This document shows, piece after piece, positions 25,416-37,430 of a DNA stretch of 64,000 nucleotides. A program made the position numbers and the translations under genes. Source of the stretch: Scyliorhinus canicula (taxonomy: Eukaryota). The stretch's first letter is position 1, and each line of letters opens with the position of its first letter. The notes beneath the pieces were generated by a model that was not told the origin of the DNA, ran no database searches, and was given only the letters and a program-made list of their open reading frames with translations. The DNA lies in the NCBI RefSeq assembly GCF_902713615.1, contig NC_052157.1, positions 154,169,004 to 154,233,003 of the forward strand, in the 5' to 3' direction.

Positions 25416-25889
25416 TTCCTGTGCAACATTTTAAATTCCACATTTAATACTCTTACGACACACAAACGTATATCCGCAGCATAATTTGCAACTGATGGCT
25501 GGAGGCAAATCAAATTGCCAGTTGGGATTAAAGCTTGGAGTTCAACGCAGACTGTTAATTTCTACTGTAGAAATAATTGTAAGAACACCCAAGTGAACTG
25601 TGAAATTACGGTCAATTAATAACGTGCAAGGGCTCCAGTATTCACATACAATAGCTTTCCCCTATAGGATTACTTTGTCGACCAGAATCAGCTTCTCACA
25701 GAATGTAATATTATACTTGTGTGGGCAGATTCAGGCCTGAGTGGGCCTGTAAACCGATTGTAGTGGTGATGCAATAATGTCATTTTTGGATGGGCTGGTC
25801 CTACCTTGAGTGGTGAAGAGAATTTTGGATGTAGGCAGAAAACTATGCTCCTTTCCAATGAATGTGTATGTTGCAAGGCCCGTGCACGA

Positions 25890-26085
25890 GTGGGCTAGAC
25901 AGCTGGTTTATGATGCAGATCAAGGCCAGCAGCGCGGGTTCAATTCCCGTACCAACTGCGAATTCTGAATTCTCCCTGTGTACCCGAACAGGCGCCGAAA
26001 TGTGGCGACTAGGGGCTTTTCACAGTAACTTCATTGCAGTGTTAATGCAAGCCTACTTGTGACAATAAAAGATTATTATTATTAT
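25890..26085 (+). mobile_element. Short SINE: alternative tRNA-like head (no V core) with type C tail
   Basis: gctagacagctggttt..gcgcgggttcaattcccgtacc followed directly by ..ggggcttttcacagtaac..gtgacaataaaa. Confidence 0.8.
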
Positions 26086-26089
26086 TCTG

Positions 26090-27540
26090 AACTCCAATTT
26101 AACCATGTATCCATCTACAAGTTTGCTGACGACACGAACGTAGTGGATTGTATCTCGAACATTGATGAGTCAGAATACAGGAGGGAGATAGAGAACCTAG
26201 TGGCGTGGTGCAACAATGATCTCTCCCTTAATGTCAGCAAAACTAAAGAGTTGGTCATTGACTTCAGGGAGAAAAGTATCGTACACACGCCTGTCTGCAT
26301 CAATGGGGCCAAGGTGAAGATAGATGACAGCTTCAAATTCCTAGGTATGCACATCACCAACCATTTGTCCTGGTCTTATGGACTGAACTGGACTGAAGGC
26401 ATTGTTGCTAAGTTTGCAGACAATACAAAGATCTGTAGAGGGACAGGTAGTATCGAGGAAAGGGAGTAGAAGTATTTGTACAGGCTAGGAAAGTGGGCAA
26501 TGAAGTGGCAAATGAAATGCAATGTAGAAAAGTGTGAGGTTATGCAATTTGGAAGGAGGAATTTAGGCATAGACTATTTTCTAAATGGGGAAATGCTTAG
26601 GAAATCAGAAGCACAAAGGGACTTGGGAGTCCTTGTACACGATTCTCTTAAGGTTAATGTGCAGGTTCAGTCGGCAGTTAAGAAGACAAATGCAATGTTA
26701 GCATTCATGTCAAGAGGGCTAGAATACAAGAGCAGGAATGTACTTCTGAGGCTGTAAAAGGCTCTGAGCGGACCCCATTTAGAGTATTTGTTAGCAGTTT
26801 TGGGCCCTATATCTAAGGAAGGATGCGCTGGCCTTGGAAAGGGTCTCGAGGAGGTTCACAAGAATGATCCCTGGAATGAAGAGCTCGTCATATGAGGAAC
26901 GGTTGAGGGCTCTGGGTCTGTACTCTTTGGAGTTTAGAAGGATGAGGGGGGGATCTTATTGAAACTTACAGGATACTGCGAGGCCTGGATAGAATGGGCG
27001 CTGAGAGGATGTTTCCACTTGTAGGAAAAACTAGAACCAGAAGACACCATCTCAGACTAAAGGGACGATCCTTTAAAACAGAGAAGAAGAGGAATTTCTT
27101 CAGCCAGAGAGTGGTAAATCTGTAGAACTCATTGCCGCATAAGGCTGCGGAGGCCAAATCACTGAGTGTCTTTAAGACAGAGATAGATAGGTTCTTGATT
27201 AATAAGGGGATCAGGGGTTATGGGGAGAAGGCAGGAGAATGGGGATGAGAAAAATATCAGCCATGATTGAATGGCGGAGCAGACTCAATGGGCCGTGTGG
27301 CCTAATTCTGCTTCTATGTCTTATGGTCTTATGATCTGATCTCTTCACATATCTTCTCTACTGAGTAGTAGTACACTCTTGTAGGCGTCACCCGATGCCC
27401 GTGGCTACGTATTTACATTGTGTATTTATGTTTGCCCGATGCATTTTTCTCATGTATGGAATGATCTGTCTGAACTGTATGCCGAATAATACTTTTCACG
27501 GTACCTCGGCACACGTGACAATAAACAAATCCAATCCAAT
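26090..27540 (+). mobile_element. Rex-Babar (Rex1-like) LINE remnant interrupted by CR1
   Basis: IYKFADDTNVV..ESEYRREIENLVAWC..LSLNVSKTKELVIDFR at 26100-26375; 3' end cttttcacggtacctcggcacacgtgacaataaac(aatcc)n at 27492-27540. Confidence 0.78.
26381..27333 (+). mobile_element. CR1 LINE 3' fragment
   Basis: KFADNTKI..WQMKCNVEKCEVMQFGRRN..QRDLGVLVH; tail tcttatggtcttatg. Confidence 0.9.
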
Positions 27541-27559
27541 CTCACAGTATTAATGACCT

Positions 27560-28190
27560 TCATTTAGATAGTGCCTTTAACATCCAACCTCCTGAAAACT
27601 ACCTTTGCACAGGTTTTTGTTCACCTGTCCTAATACATCCTTATGTGGCTTGATTTTCCTTGATAAAGCCCATCAAGCATCTTAAGAAGTCGTACTATGA
27701 TCAATATATTCCATAAATTGACGTTGTTATTGAGGACAGGTGACCAAAAGCTTAGTAAAACAGGTGGAGTTTAAAGAGCATGTCAAAAGGACATTGGAGA
27801 AGAAGCAGAGAAGTTTAGGAGGGAATTCCTTCGGGTCTCGGCACCGCCAATGCTAGAGCAATGGTCATTGGAGATGCACAAGTGATCAGCAGACGTCTTG
27901 GCGGGTTGTGGGGATACAGAGCTTATAAATATAGGAAGAATCTGAAAACAAGCACACTAATTTTACAAACTGAGGCATTGCTGGACCCAAGAGCCAATGT
28001 AGGACAGCGAGCAAAGAAATGATCAATGAACGGAATTTTGTGCGAGTTGGGATATAGGCAGCACCGTTTCGGATGAGTTCAATTTTACAAAGGGCGCAAA
28101 GCCAGCCAGAAGAGCATTAGACTAGTCAAGTCTGCAGGGAACAAAGGCATGGATGAGTGTTTCAGCTGAGGCAAAGGCGATTATAGGCAA
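27560..28190 (-). mobile_element. L2-like LINE 3' remnant
   Basis: Shares the gacaggtgaccaaaagctt motif with 6725-6990. Confidence 0.55.
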
Positions 28191-28276
28191 ATACAGCAAC
28201 AAAGTGAACACAATGAGATCCGCTAGATCTAAAACTTATTAAAGGACAGGAAATAAGGAAACTAAAACCAACTCAC

Positions 28277-28359
28277 CAAAATCCATTCTGTCCTTCTGGT
28301 TTCTCTGAAGCAAACCAAGCAATAGGCCACCCAGGTGACTGGAAGTTTCACTTGGGATG
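28277..28359 (-). CDS. ULK2: ULK2 coding exon (83 nt; [27 protein letters not shown])
   Basis: acag|C ATC CCA AGT GAA...GAT TTT G|gtgagt; [12 protein letters not shown] is ULK2 subdomain XI. Confidence 0.96.
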
Positions 28360-28872
28360 CTGTTTGATAGATAAATCACCATCACCAGTAGAAAACAATG
28401 GGAGGCAGTAATGCAAGATCAAATAACAAAATTAAGTTGTCCTTTACTATTGGGAGTGAGGAAATGTAATGCTGTAACTGAAGCGCATCACACCCCATGG
28501 ACTTGCAACACATTAATTGGCCCATCTGCCCTGTCAATTAGTCAATAAATCTAAAGCTTCTCCTCCTGATATTGACCATGCACACTTCGCAAGAACTTCA
28601 GCACATTAAACGTCAATTTCCTATTTAAAAGTGGTCAGCATTGGCTGTTGGGATTGAGACTTTAGCTCTTTGTAGTACTGGTCTTGAGAGGATTTGACAT
28701 GGGAAAGCTGCCTCTGCAGCACAGAACTCCTACACTTTGGTTCAAATGAGCAAACTCCCATCTTGAAAGATCTCAAGTGTGGATGATGTGGGAAATCTGA
28801 AAAGCTCACCTTTCAACTCAGAGTTGGGGCAGTTTATTGAAGCGTTTGAGGGGGTTTCCATTCTGTCTGCAA

Positions 28873-29039
28873 AGTGGGCGAAACAGCTGGTGCAGAACAA
28901 GGCCCGTAGCGCGGGTTCAATTCCCGTACCAGCCCCCCCCCCACAAACAGGCACCGGAATGTGGCGACTAGGGGCTTTTCACAGTAACATCATTGAAGCC
29001 TACTTGTGACAATAAGCAATTATTATTATAATTATTATT
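28873..29039 (+). mobile_element. Short SINE, alternative head with type C tail
   Basis: acagctgg..gcgcgggttcaattcccgtacc..ggggcttttcacagtaac..gtgacaataag(att)n. Confidence 0.8.
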
Positions 29040-29248
29040 GACAAGGGCTATGACAGATGCATTAGCACTCAACGACATTGTCCAAAATGGAAACGCTGGA
29101 CTTCCGGTGGCAGCGATGACGTAGGAAGCCGCACATTTGGGAGCTCCCGTTTCAAACTGACTTTTTGGCTCTTTTTAGAGCCCAAAACGGAAATTTTTCG
29201 ACGTCTCCCAGTGGGAGAAGGTGTGCTGATCGACTTTCTCCGCAGTGC

Positions 29249-30095
29249 ATGACTCGAACTCGGAGTGGAAAGGGGGGGAAAAACGGCAGCAGCTCTCAAG
29301 AAAAAACTGGGGAAGGAATCCAGGATGGCGGCCGACGGAGCTCCAGAGGGGTGGAAGCAGTGGGCCCAAGAGCAACAAGCTGCTCTCCTGCGCTGTTTTG
29401 CAGATTTCAAGGCTGAGGTACTGAGCTCTCTGCAGGAAACGAACTAAAGGCTCTCGGAGATTCAGACGACCCAGGATGCTGCCATCAAGGCGTTGCAGAC
29501 GCAGGCCACTGAACGAGAGGAGGAGGCCGTGGTCCTAGTGAGTAAGATGGAGGGGCACGAGGCACTCCATAAGAAGTGGCAGGACCGCTTCGAGGAGCTT
29601 CATCACCGCATGAGGCGGAAAAATCTGCGGATCTTGGGCCTTGCGGAGGGGCTGGAGGGGTCGGACCTAACAACCAACGTGGCAACGATGCTGAACTCGC
29701 TCATGGGGGCCAGGACTTTCCATCTGCCCCTGGAGCTGGAGGGAGCCCACAGGGTACTCCCCAAGAGGCCTAAGGAGAATGAACCCCCGCGTGCGGTGCT
29801 GGTGAGGTTCCACCGGTTCAGTGATCGGGAGTGTGTGCTGCGCTGGGCCAAGAAGGTGAAGAGCAGCAACTGGGAGAATGGGGTAGTACGGATCTACCAG
29901 GATTGGAGTGCGGAGGTGGCTAAGCGGCGGTCCGGGTTTAATCGGACGAAAGAGGTGCTTTACAAGAAGAAGATAAAGTTCGGAAAGTGGCAGCCTGCGC
30001 GCCTGTGGGTAACTTATTCGGACCGGCATTATTATTTAGAATCCCCGGAGGAGGCGTGGGTCTTTGTGCAGACGGAGAAACTGGACTTGAACTAG
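29249..30095 (+). pseudogene. L1 ORF1 (coiled-coil, RRM, CTD), disrupted
   Basis: RRKNLRILGLAEG, LEGAHRV, PRAVLVRF, RIYQDWS motifs; in-frame TAA at 29445-29447; apparent frameshift near the G run at 29272. Confidence 0.88.
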
Positions 30096-30595
30096 GGGTT
30101 GGGGGGTCGGTTGTAATACTTTATTGCTGGTTTCTGCTGTTGCAGTGTCCTTTTTTTGTTTCTGTACTTTTGCAATTTTGATATGGTTATTTATGGGGGT
30201 GTTGTTCTGTTTTTTTTTGCTGTGGGGCATTGTTTGAGTTTTGTATCTTGCGGGGAGGGTTGGGGGGGTTTGTTGTATTCTATGTCGGGTTGGGGGTATG
30301 GAGTGGGGCTGGTATTTGGGAGCTGCGTCAGAAGGTGAGAAAGCGCGGGCTTTCCTCTGGTTTCCGCGCTGCGGGGCTGGGGGGTGGAGACGATGACGGG
30401 GAGAGGCGGGGCCCTAACTGGTTCTTCCCCGCGCTGGAGCGGTGCCTGGAGGGATAGGATGGGGATGATCCCACTTTGGGAGGGGCCGGGTTATTGGCGG
30501 GAGTTTCCGGGGTCAGCAGAAGTTAGCTGACCCACGGAAGTACAATGGAAGACGGTTCGCGGCTAGGAGGGTTCCTAGCCCTGGGGGGGGGGGGG

Positions 30596-30599
<4 letters not shown>

Positions 30600-30676
<77 letters not shown>

Positions 30677-30713
30677 AGAGAGAGCGCGAGAGAGAGCGCG
30701 AGAGAGAGCGAGA
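30600..30713 (+). repeat. (GA)n microsatellite grading into (GAGAGAGCGC)n, preceded by a poly-G run
   Basis: Directly visible in the L1 inter-ORF spacer. Confidence 0.95.
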
Positions 30714-30846
30714 GGGGAATGCCGGGTTGCTGCTGGCAGGGTCAGGAAGGAGCTGGTGGGGGCCAGGTGGACAGAGGTGAGGTGTTGTCGCTGTGGGGAC
30801 TGGGGTGGGCGGGGGGTGCTGGCCTGGGGCGGGCAGTCGACGGGCT

Positions 30847-33800
30847 ATGGCTAGTCGACGGGGGAGGGGGGGCGGGATGCCCTCTGATCCGGTTGGTTAC
30901 CTGGAATGCGAGAGGATTGAATGGGCCGGTGAAACGGTCGAGGGTACTTGCTCATCTGAGGGGGCTAAAGGCAGATGTGGCAATGCTTCAGGAGACCCAC
31001 CTGAAGGTGGCGGACCAGGTCAGTCTGAGGAAGGGGTGGGTGGGGCAGGTTTTCCACTCTGGGTTGGATGTGAAGAACCGTGGAGTGGCGATTTTGGTGG
31101 GGACAAATGTGTCGTTTGAGGCATCGGAGGTGGTGGCGGATAAGGGGGGTAGGTATGTTATGGTTAGGGGCAGGCTACAAGGAGAGAAGGTGATACTTGC
31201 TAGTGTGTATGCCCCAAATTGGGACGATGCGGGCTTTATGAGGCGTATGTTGGGACGGGTCCCGGATCTAGAGGCGGGAGGTCTGATCATGGGGGGGGAC
31301 TTCAATACAGTGTTGGATCCTTCACTGGATCGGTCCAGCTCTAGGACGGGTAGGAGACCGGCGGCGGCCAAGGTACTGAGAGGGTCTATGGACCAGATGG
31401 GTGGAGTGGATCCATGGAGGTTTGTGAGGCCGAGGGCACGGGAGTGCTCATTCTTCTCCCACGTACATAGGGTCTACTCGCGGATAGACTTTTTCGTGGT
31501 GAGTAGGGGACTGATTCCGAGCGTGGAGGAGGCCGAGTATTCGGCCATTGCAATCTCCGACCACGCTCCGCATTGGATAGAGTTGGAGATGGGGGAGGTG
31601 CGGGACCAGCGCCCGTTGTGGCGGTTGGATGTGGGGTTGTTGGCGGAGGAGGAGGTGTGTAGGAGGGTCCGGGCAAGTATTGAGGGGTACAATCGAGGTG
31701 AATGATACGGGGGAGGTTCAGGTGGGGGTGGTCTGGGAAGCCCTGAAGGCAGTGATTCGTGGGGAGCTGATATCCATCCGGGCACACAGGGAGAGGAGCG
31801 AGAGGGATAGACTGGTGGGAAAGATGCTGGAGGTAGACAGGAGATACGCAGAGGCACCAGAGGAGGGACTGTTGGTGGAGAGGCGCAGCCTGTGGGCTAC
31901 TGATTTGATTTGCTGACCACTAGAAAGGTGGAGGCACAGTGGAGGAAGGCACAAGGGGCAGTGTACGAACATGGTGAAAAGGCGAGTAGGATGCTGGCTC
32001 ATCAGCTCCGCAAGCGGGATGCGGCTAAGGAAATTGCTGGAGTGAGAGACAAGAGTGGGAATGTGGTGCGGAAGGGGGTAGAGGTGAATGAGGTCTTCAA
32101 GGACTTTTACGGGGAACTGTACCGGTCGGAGCCAACGGGGGAGAGGAGGGGAAGGAAGAGGTTCCTCGACGGGCTTTCTTTCCCGAAGGTGCAGGAGGAG
32201 CAGGTGGAGGGGTTGGGTGCGCCGATTGAGCTGGAGGAGCTAGTTAAGGGGATCGGGCAGATGCAGTCAGGGAAGGCACCGGGGCCGGATGGGTTCCCGG
32301 TGGAATTTTATAAAAAGTTTGTGGACCTAGTGGGCCCCTTGCTGGTGCGGACACTTAATGAAGCGTGGGAAGGGGGGACTTTACCTCCGACAATGTCGCG
32401 GGCGCTGATCTCGTTAATCTTAAAGAGGGGCAAGGACCCCCAGCAGTATGGTTCATACAGGCCCATATCTCTCCTCAACGTAGATGCCACGGTGCTGGCA
32501 AAAATCCTGGCCACCAGGATAGAGGACTGTGTGCCAGGGGTTGTACACGAGGACCAGACAGGGTTTGTGAAGGGAAGGCAGCTGAACACGAATGTGCGGA
32601 GATTGTTGAATGTCATCATGATGCCGGCGATTGAGGGGGAGGCAGAGATAGTGGTGGCGCTGGATGCAGAGAAGGCCTTCGATAGAGTGAAGTGGGGGTA
32701 CGTATGGGAGGTGTTGGGGAGGTTTGGATTTGGTGAAGGGTTTATTAGATGGGTGAGGCTGCTATATGAGGCCCCGATGGCGTGCGTGGCAACGAATGGG
32801 AGGAGGTCGGAGCACTTGCGGCTTTACCGAGGGACCAGGCAGGGTTGCCCCCTGTCCTTGTTGTTTGCATTGGCAATCGAGCAGCTGGCAATGGCGTTGA
32901 GGGATTCAGAGAGGTGGAGAGGTTTGGTGCGAGGTGGGGAGGAACATAGGGTGTCGTTGTATGCCGATGACCTGTTACTGTATGTGGCGGACCCGGTGGG
33001 AGGGATGCCGGGGTGATGGAGCTGCTAGCTGAGTTTGGGACCTTTTCAGGTTATAAACTAAATTTAGGCAAGAGTGAGGTGTTTGTGGTGCACCCTGGAG
33101 ACCAGGAGGAAGGAATTGGTAGGCTCCCGCTTAGGCGGGCAGGGGAGAGTTTTAGGTACCTGGGGGTGCAGGTGGCCAGGGACTGGGGGACTCTTCACGA
33201 ACATAATTTCACCAGGCTTGTAGATCAGATGGAGGAGGAGTTCAAGAGGTGGGACATGCTGCCATTGTCGTTGGCGGGGAGGGTGCAGTCCGTCAAAATG
33301 ACGGTGCTTCCGAGGTTCTTGGTCCTCTTTCAGTGCCTGCCCATCTTCACCCCCAGGGCCTTCTTTAGGAGAGTGACTAGCAGTATCTTGAGCTTTGTGT
33401 GGGCACATGGGACTCCGAGAGTGAAGAGGGTTTTCCTGGAACGAGGGAGGGATAGAGGCGGGCTGGCGCTGCCCAACCTTTTGGGGTACTATTGGGCGGC
33501 CAATGTGTCAATGGTGCGTAAATGGGTGACGGAGGGGGGAGGGCGGCATGGAAAAGAATGGAGATGGCGTCATGTAGCGGTACGAGCCTGGGTGCCATGG
33601 TAACGGCGCCGTTGCCACCCTCCCCTAAGAGGTATACCACGAGCCCGGTGGTGGCGGTGACCCTAAGAATCTGGGGACAGTGGAGACGGCATAGGGGGGA
33701 AACGGGGGGCTCGATGGAGGCTCCATTGGGTGGCAATCATCGGTTCATCCCGGGGAACAAGGATAGGGGATTTAGGGGGTGGCAAAGGGTGGGCATCAGT

Positions 33801-34632
33801 AAATTGAGGGACCTGTTTATTGGCGGGAGGTTTGCGGGCCTGGGGGAACTGGAAGATAAATTTGGGCTTCCCAAGGGAACATGTTCAGATACTTGCAGGT
33901 AAAGGCGTTTGCTAGGCAACAGGTAGAGGGATTCCCTTTGCTGCCCTCGCGGGGGACGATGGACAGAGTGCTTTCGGGGGTGTGGGTCGGAGAGGGGAAG
34001 GTGTCTGACATCTATAAGGTAATGCAGGAGGTGGAGGAGTCGTCAGTGGAGGAGTTGAAGGCTAAATGGGAGGGGGAACTTGGGGAGCAGATAGAGGACG
34101 GGACTTGGGCGGATGCCTTGGAGAGAGTCAACTCTTCCTCTTCATGTGCGAGGCTTAGTCTCATCCAATTTAAGATGCTGCACCGGGCCCACATGTCTGG
34201 GACTAGGATGAGTAGGTTCTTTGGGGGTGAGGACAGGTGCACCAGATGTTCAGGGAGTCCAGCGAATCATGCCCATATGTTCTGGGCATGCCCAGCATTG
34301 GAAGAATTCTGGAAGGGGGTGGCGGGGACGGTGTCGAGGGTGGTTGGATCCCGGGTCAAACCAGGGTGGGGACTCGCGATTTTCGGAGTTGCGGTGGAGC
34401 CGGGAGTGCAGGAGGTGAAAGAGGCCGGCGTCCTGGCCTTTGCGTCCCTAGTAGCCCGGCGGAGGATCTTGCTGCAGTGGAAGGATGCGATGCCCCCCCA
34501 AGTGTGGAGACCTGGGTCAATGACATGGCGGGATTTATAAAGTTGGAAAGGGTCAAATTTGCCCTGAGAGGATCAGAACAAGGGTTCTATAAACGGTGGC
34601 AGCCTTTTCTGGACTTCCTGGCTCAAAGATAG
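30847..34632 (+). pseudogene. L1 ORF2 (endonuclease, reverse transcriptase, C-terminal Cys domain) with several frameshifts
   Basis: TWNARGL, MLQETHL, GGDFN, SRIDFF, SDH (APE); KAPGPDG, LDAEKAFD, YADD (RT); split over ORFs starting at 30545, 31629, 31910, 33013, 33522, 33881 and 34237. Confidence 0.93.
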
Positions 34633-35346
34633 GTATCTTGGTCAATAGCAGCAGCAACCGTGTGGGGGGGGGTTCCTTACTGTAGTTTCTATTTTATTTA
34701 TTTTTTCGCTACGGTTATGTAACTTAACATTGTGTTAATTTAAGTTGTTGTTAATATGTTGGGTTGTTCATTGAGGAGGGGCGAAGGTTCATGATTGTTG
34801 TCATTATTGTTATTGTTGGTATTTTAGTATGGTTTGAGGTTGTTGTATAAATTCAAAATTTTTCAATAAAAATTATTTTTTTAAAAACCAAAATGGAAAT
34901 GTTCAGTTTCTGAGTTCCAACAGCCTAGACATTACATAATGTCATGACAAAGCAGGGCTATAATCCTACTCGCACTGAATGAGTGCACAATTCTAAACTT
35001 GCTTGACAGTACTAAAGTAATGCTCATTACTAAATTAACAGTGGAAATCTCTCAAACTATGGCCATCAAAAAATTCCCTTCTTGAAACATAATCTTTCAC
35101 TTTTGACAGTTCAGACTGAATTCTATAGTCTGTGCAACAGACAATTCCTCAAAAATTGAAGTTGTACCCAAGTCCTAGTATTGAAACAGTAGGAGGCAAA
35201 GTATTACGGCTACTAGTTTTCCAGAATCTATCATGCATATTCCCACTTGCGTGAAGAACAGTCTTACACCTCTGATCACAACAAGTCGGGGGGAAAAAAA
35301 AAACTAAAAATAAATTTGACCCAGGATCAAATAGGTAATCACTCAC

Positions 35347-35405
35347 TTAGGCACTAAAGTCTTGTTCTTCTCATAGAAGAGCCTTAAATCTTGTGGGCTG
35401 TTGGC
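35347..35405 (-). CDS. ULK2: ULK2 coding exon (59 nt; ANSPQDLRLFYEKNKTLVP)
   Basis: gtag|GCC AAC AGC CCA CAA GAT...CCT AA|gtgagt; phase 0-2. Confidence 0.95.
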
Positions 35406-36390
35406 CTACAACAGAAAGATATTTCAAATGTAAATCAGGTGTTGGCTCAGTTACTCGAGAGAACAATAACGATCAAGAAATTGCCCTGGTGGGTGTAAGC
35501 ATCGAGTAATATGCCACATATTGCAATTCGATATTTTAAAAACACTGGAACAGACATTGCAGAGAGATATCAATCATTAGTTGAAGGTGACCTAATTCTG
35601 ATGTCATAATAAGCTGATGAACGTTAAATCAGCGTAATACCGCATTGTTTGAAAATAAAAGGTATTATTCCTTTTTTCTATTTTCATTTTGTGCATGGCA
35701 TGGCAGCAATATTCAATCCTTCCAACTGATCCGGAGGCGTTTATCCATCGTGGGCATGTATATCCCTGGAAGTATCCCATACAATCTATGTTACACAGGA
35801 TTTTAAATTAAGGTGGACTTTAGAACAAATTGCTTTTACCTTAGAAGAGAAAGTTCTTCAAAAGGAGGAGGAAATTTGGGAAATCAAGACTAAATCAAGC
35901 AATTCGTACTATTAAAATGTTATTTCTGCTCTCAATCCCCGCAAGGTATTCCCAGCTAATGAACTCCATGTGTACGGTTGATTGGCAAAAATTTGATCCA
36001 CTTGTTTACCTGTCAACTTAGTAACAGTATAATTGTTAACAAGACGAGTTTCAATATAACTTAACCTCTACCATCCCCACTTCAAACACCCGTTTCTCAC
36101 AGGACAAAGCCTCGTGTGAGGTGAGGTGTCACATCATTACAAGGCTATTCGCGGAACTGCACAAAGCATCTTAATACCCATGCCTACCATTTTGCTGTGC
36201 CGCATGTGCAATGTTACGTGCAAACCTTGGGAACTCTTGATTACCCAATGTCGATTATCCCCTAATTGGTGAGAGTTTTGCCACAGCAGATAGTGGGATT
36301 TCCACAGCACTTCAGACAAACGACTGCACCATTTGAAATAAAAACAAATAGTCTCAGAACATTCAAAAGCATCTTATTCTCAATCAATAC

Positions 36391-36492
36391 CTGGAAAGGA
36401 GGCTTGCCAACAAGACACTGAAATATTACAGTGCCAATACTCCAGAGGTCTGCCTTGGCATCATAATGTTGCGACATGATGACCTCGGGTGC
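36391..36492 (-). CDS. ULK2: ULK2 coding exon (102 nt; [34 protein letters not shown])
   Basis: ttcag|GCA CCC GAG...TTC CAG|gtattg; YDAKAD and CLVGKPPFQ are ULK2-type rather than ULK1-type (YDGKAD, CLTGKAPFQ). Confidence 0.97.
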
Positions 36493-36596
36493 CTGAAACA
36501 AAAAAAAATGTCTAGTATCATGGAAGGAAAGGCCTTAACCCTTACTACAGCCCCCATTTTAGGTTTAATTATGCATTCTCTTAAATGCATGGTGCA

Positions 36597-36722
36597 ATCA
36601 GAGCACCCGGAGGAAACCCACGTAGATCCAGGGAGAACATGCAGATTCCGTATAAACTGTGACCCAAGCTGGGAATCGAACCTGGGACCCTAGCGCTGTG
36701 AAGCAACAGTGCTAACCACTGC
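36597..36722 (-). mobile_element. V-SINE 5' fragment
   Basis: tRNA head and partial V core. Confidence 0.75.
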
Positions 36723-37356
36723 ACACAACAGGCAAGTTTAAAAAGTAACTATACAATCCCCAAAAGTAACTTAATGTAGATTGTCCCTTCTGTACTCCTG
36801 TTCCTCCCTTCCCCTATCAACCCCAACAAAAACAGGTTATAATCTTGCACCAGGGAGTAGGTTATATGATAGAGCAGGACAGCAAGAAAAATAACAGGTG
36901 ACATGAAAATGCAACATTATAATGGGTTTCTACTGAGCAAGTTGAATTTGTTGATTATATATTTATCCCTCTTCATTCTCTTGCTCGAAGTGTCTAAATA
37001 CACCTCAGCATTTTCTAATCAAAAAGATAGACAGCCAGGCATCATTATGTTATTCAGATTTCAACTGTTCCCTGTATAATTAAAGGATGTAATTTGTCTC
37101 CCCATCCACTACAGGCTCTAAACCGCAAATCTAGGTTTTAACATCCTGTGTCTACCCCGAATTGGATTTCCTACTATCTGAAAGATGTGGGTGGTGGAGG
37201 GTTGAGACACTACATATAAGCAGTAGCGTAAAATTACAGATTGAAGAAACAAGTACATATAATGACTCAATCGTAAAAAACAGTGCTGTACAAGATAGGT
37301 AACATTTTCAGAACAATCGCCATCCCACCTAGTGGACAAGCTGGTACATCACTCAC

Positions 37357-37430
37357 CATGTACATGGGGGACCCACAAAGAGTGGCAGCCATCATATTAC
37401 TCTGTAAATACCGGGCAAAGCCAAAGTCAG
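37357..37430 (-). CDS. ULK2: ULK2 coding exon (74 nt; [25 protein letters not shown]), DFG motif and activation loop
   Basis: tgcag|CT GAC TTT GGC...TAC ATG|gtgagt; also visible in ORF 37267..37509. Confidence 0.97.

Larger units (their letters stand above)
29094..34887 (+). mobile_element. Full-length L1-clade LINE (5.8 kb), inactivated
   Basis: 12-bp TSD ccaaaatggaaa at 29082-29093 and 34888-34899; 5'UTR, ORF1, spacer, ORF2 (APE-RT-Cys), 3'UTR with AATAAA. Confidence 0.97.

Noticed and set aside
30545-30850. ERERER/ESARESAR N-terminal extension of the 386-aa ORF
   Set aside because: Read-through of the GA microsatellite in the L1 spacer; not part of ORF2
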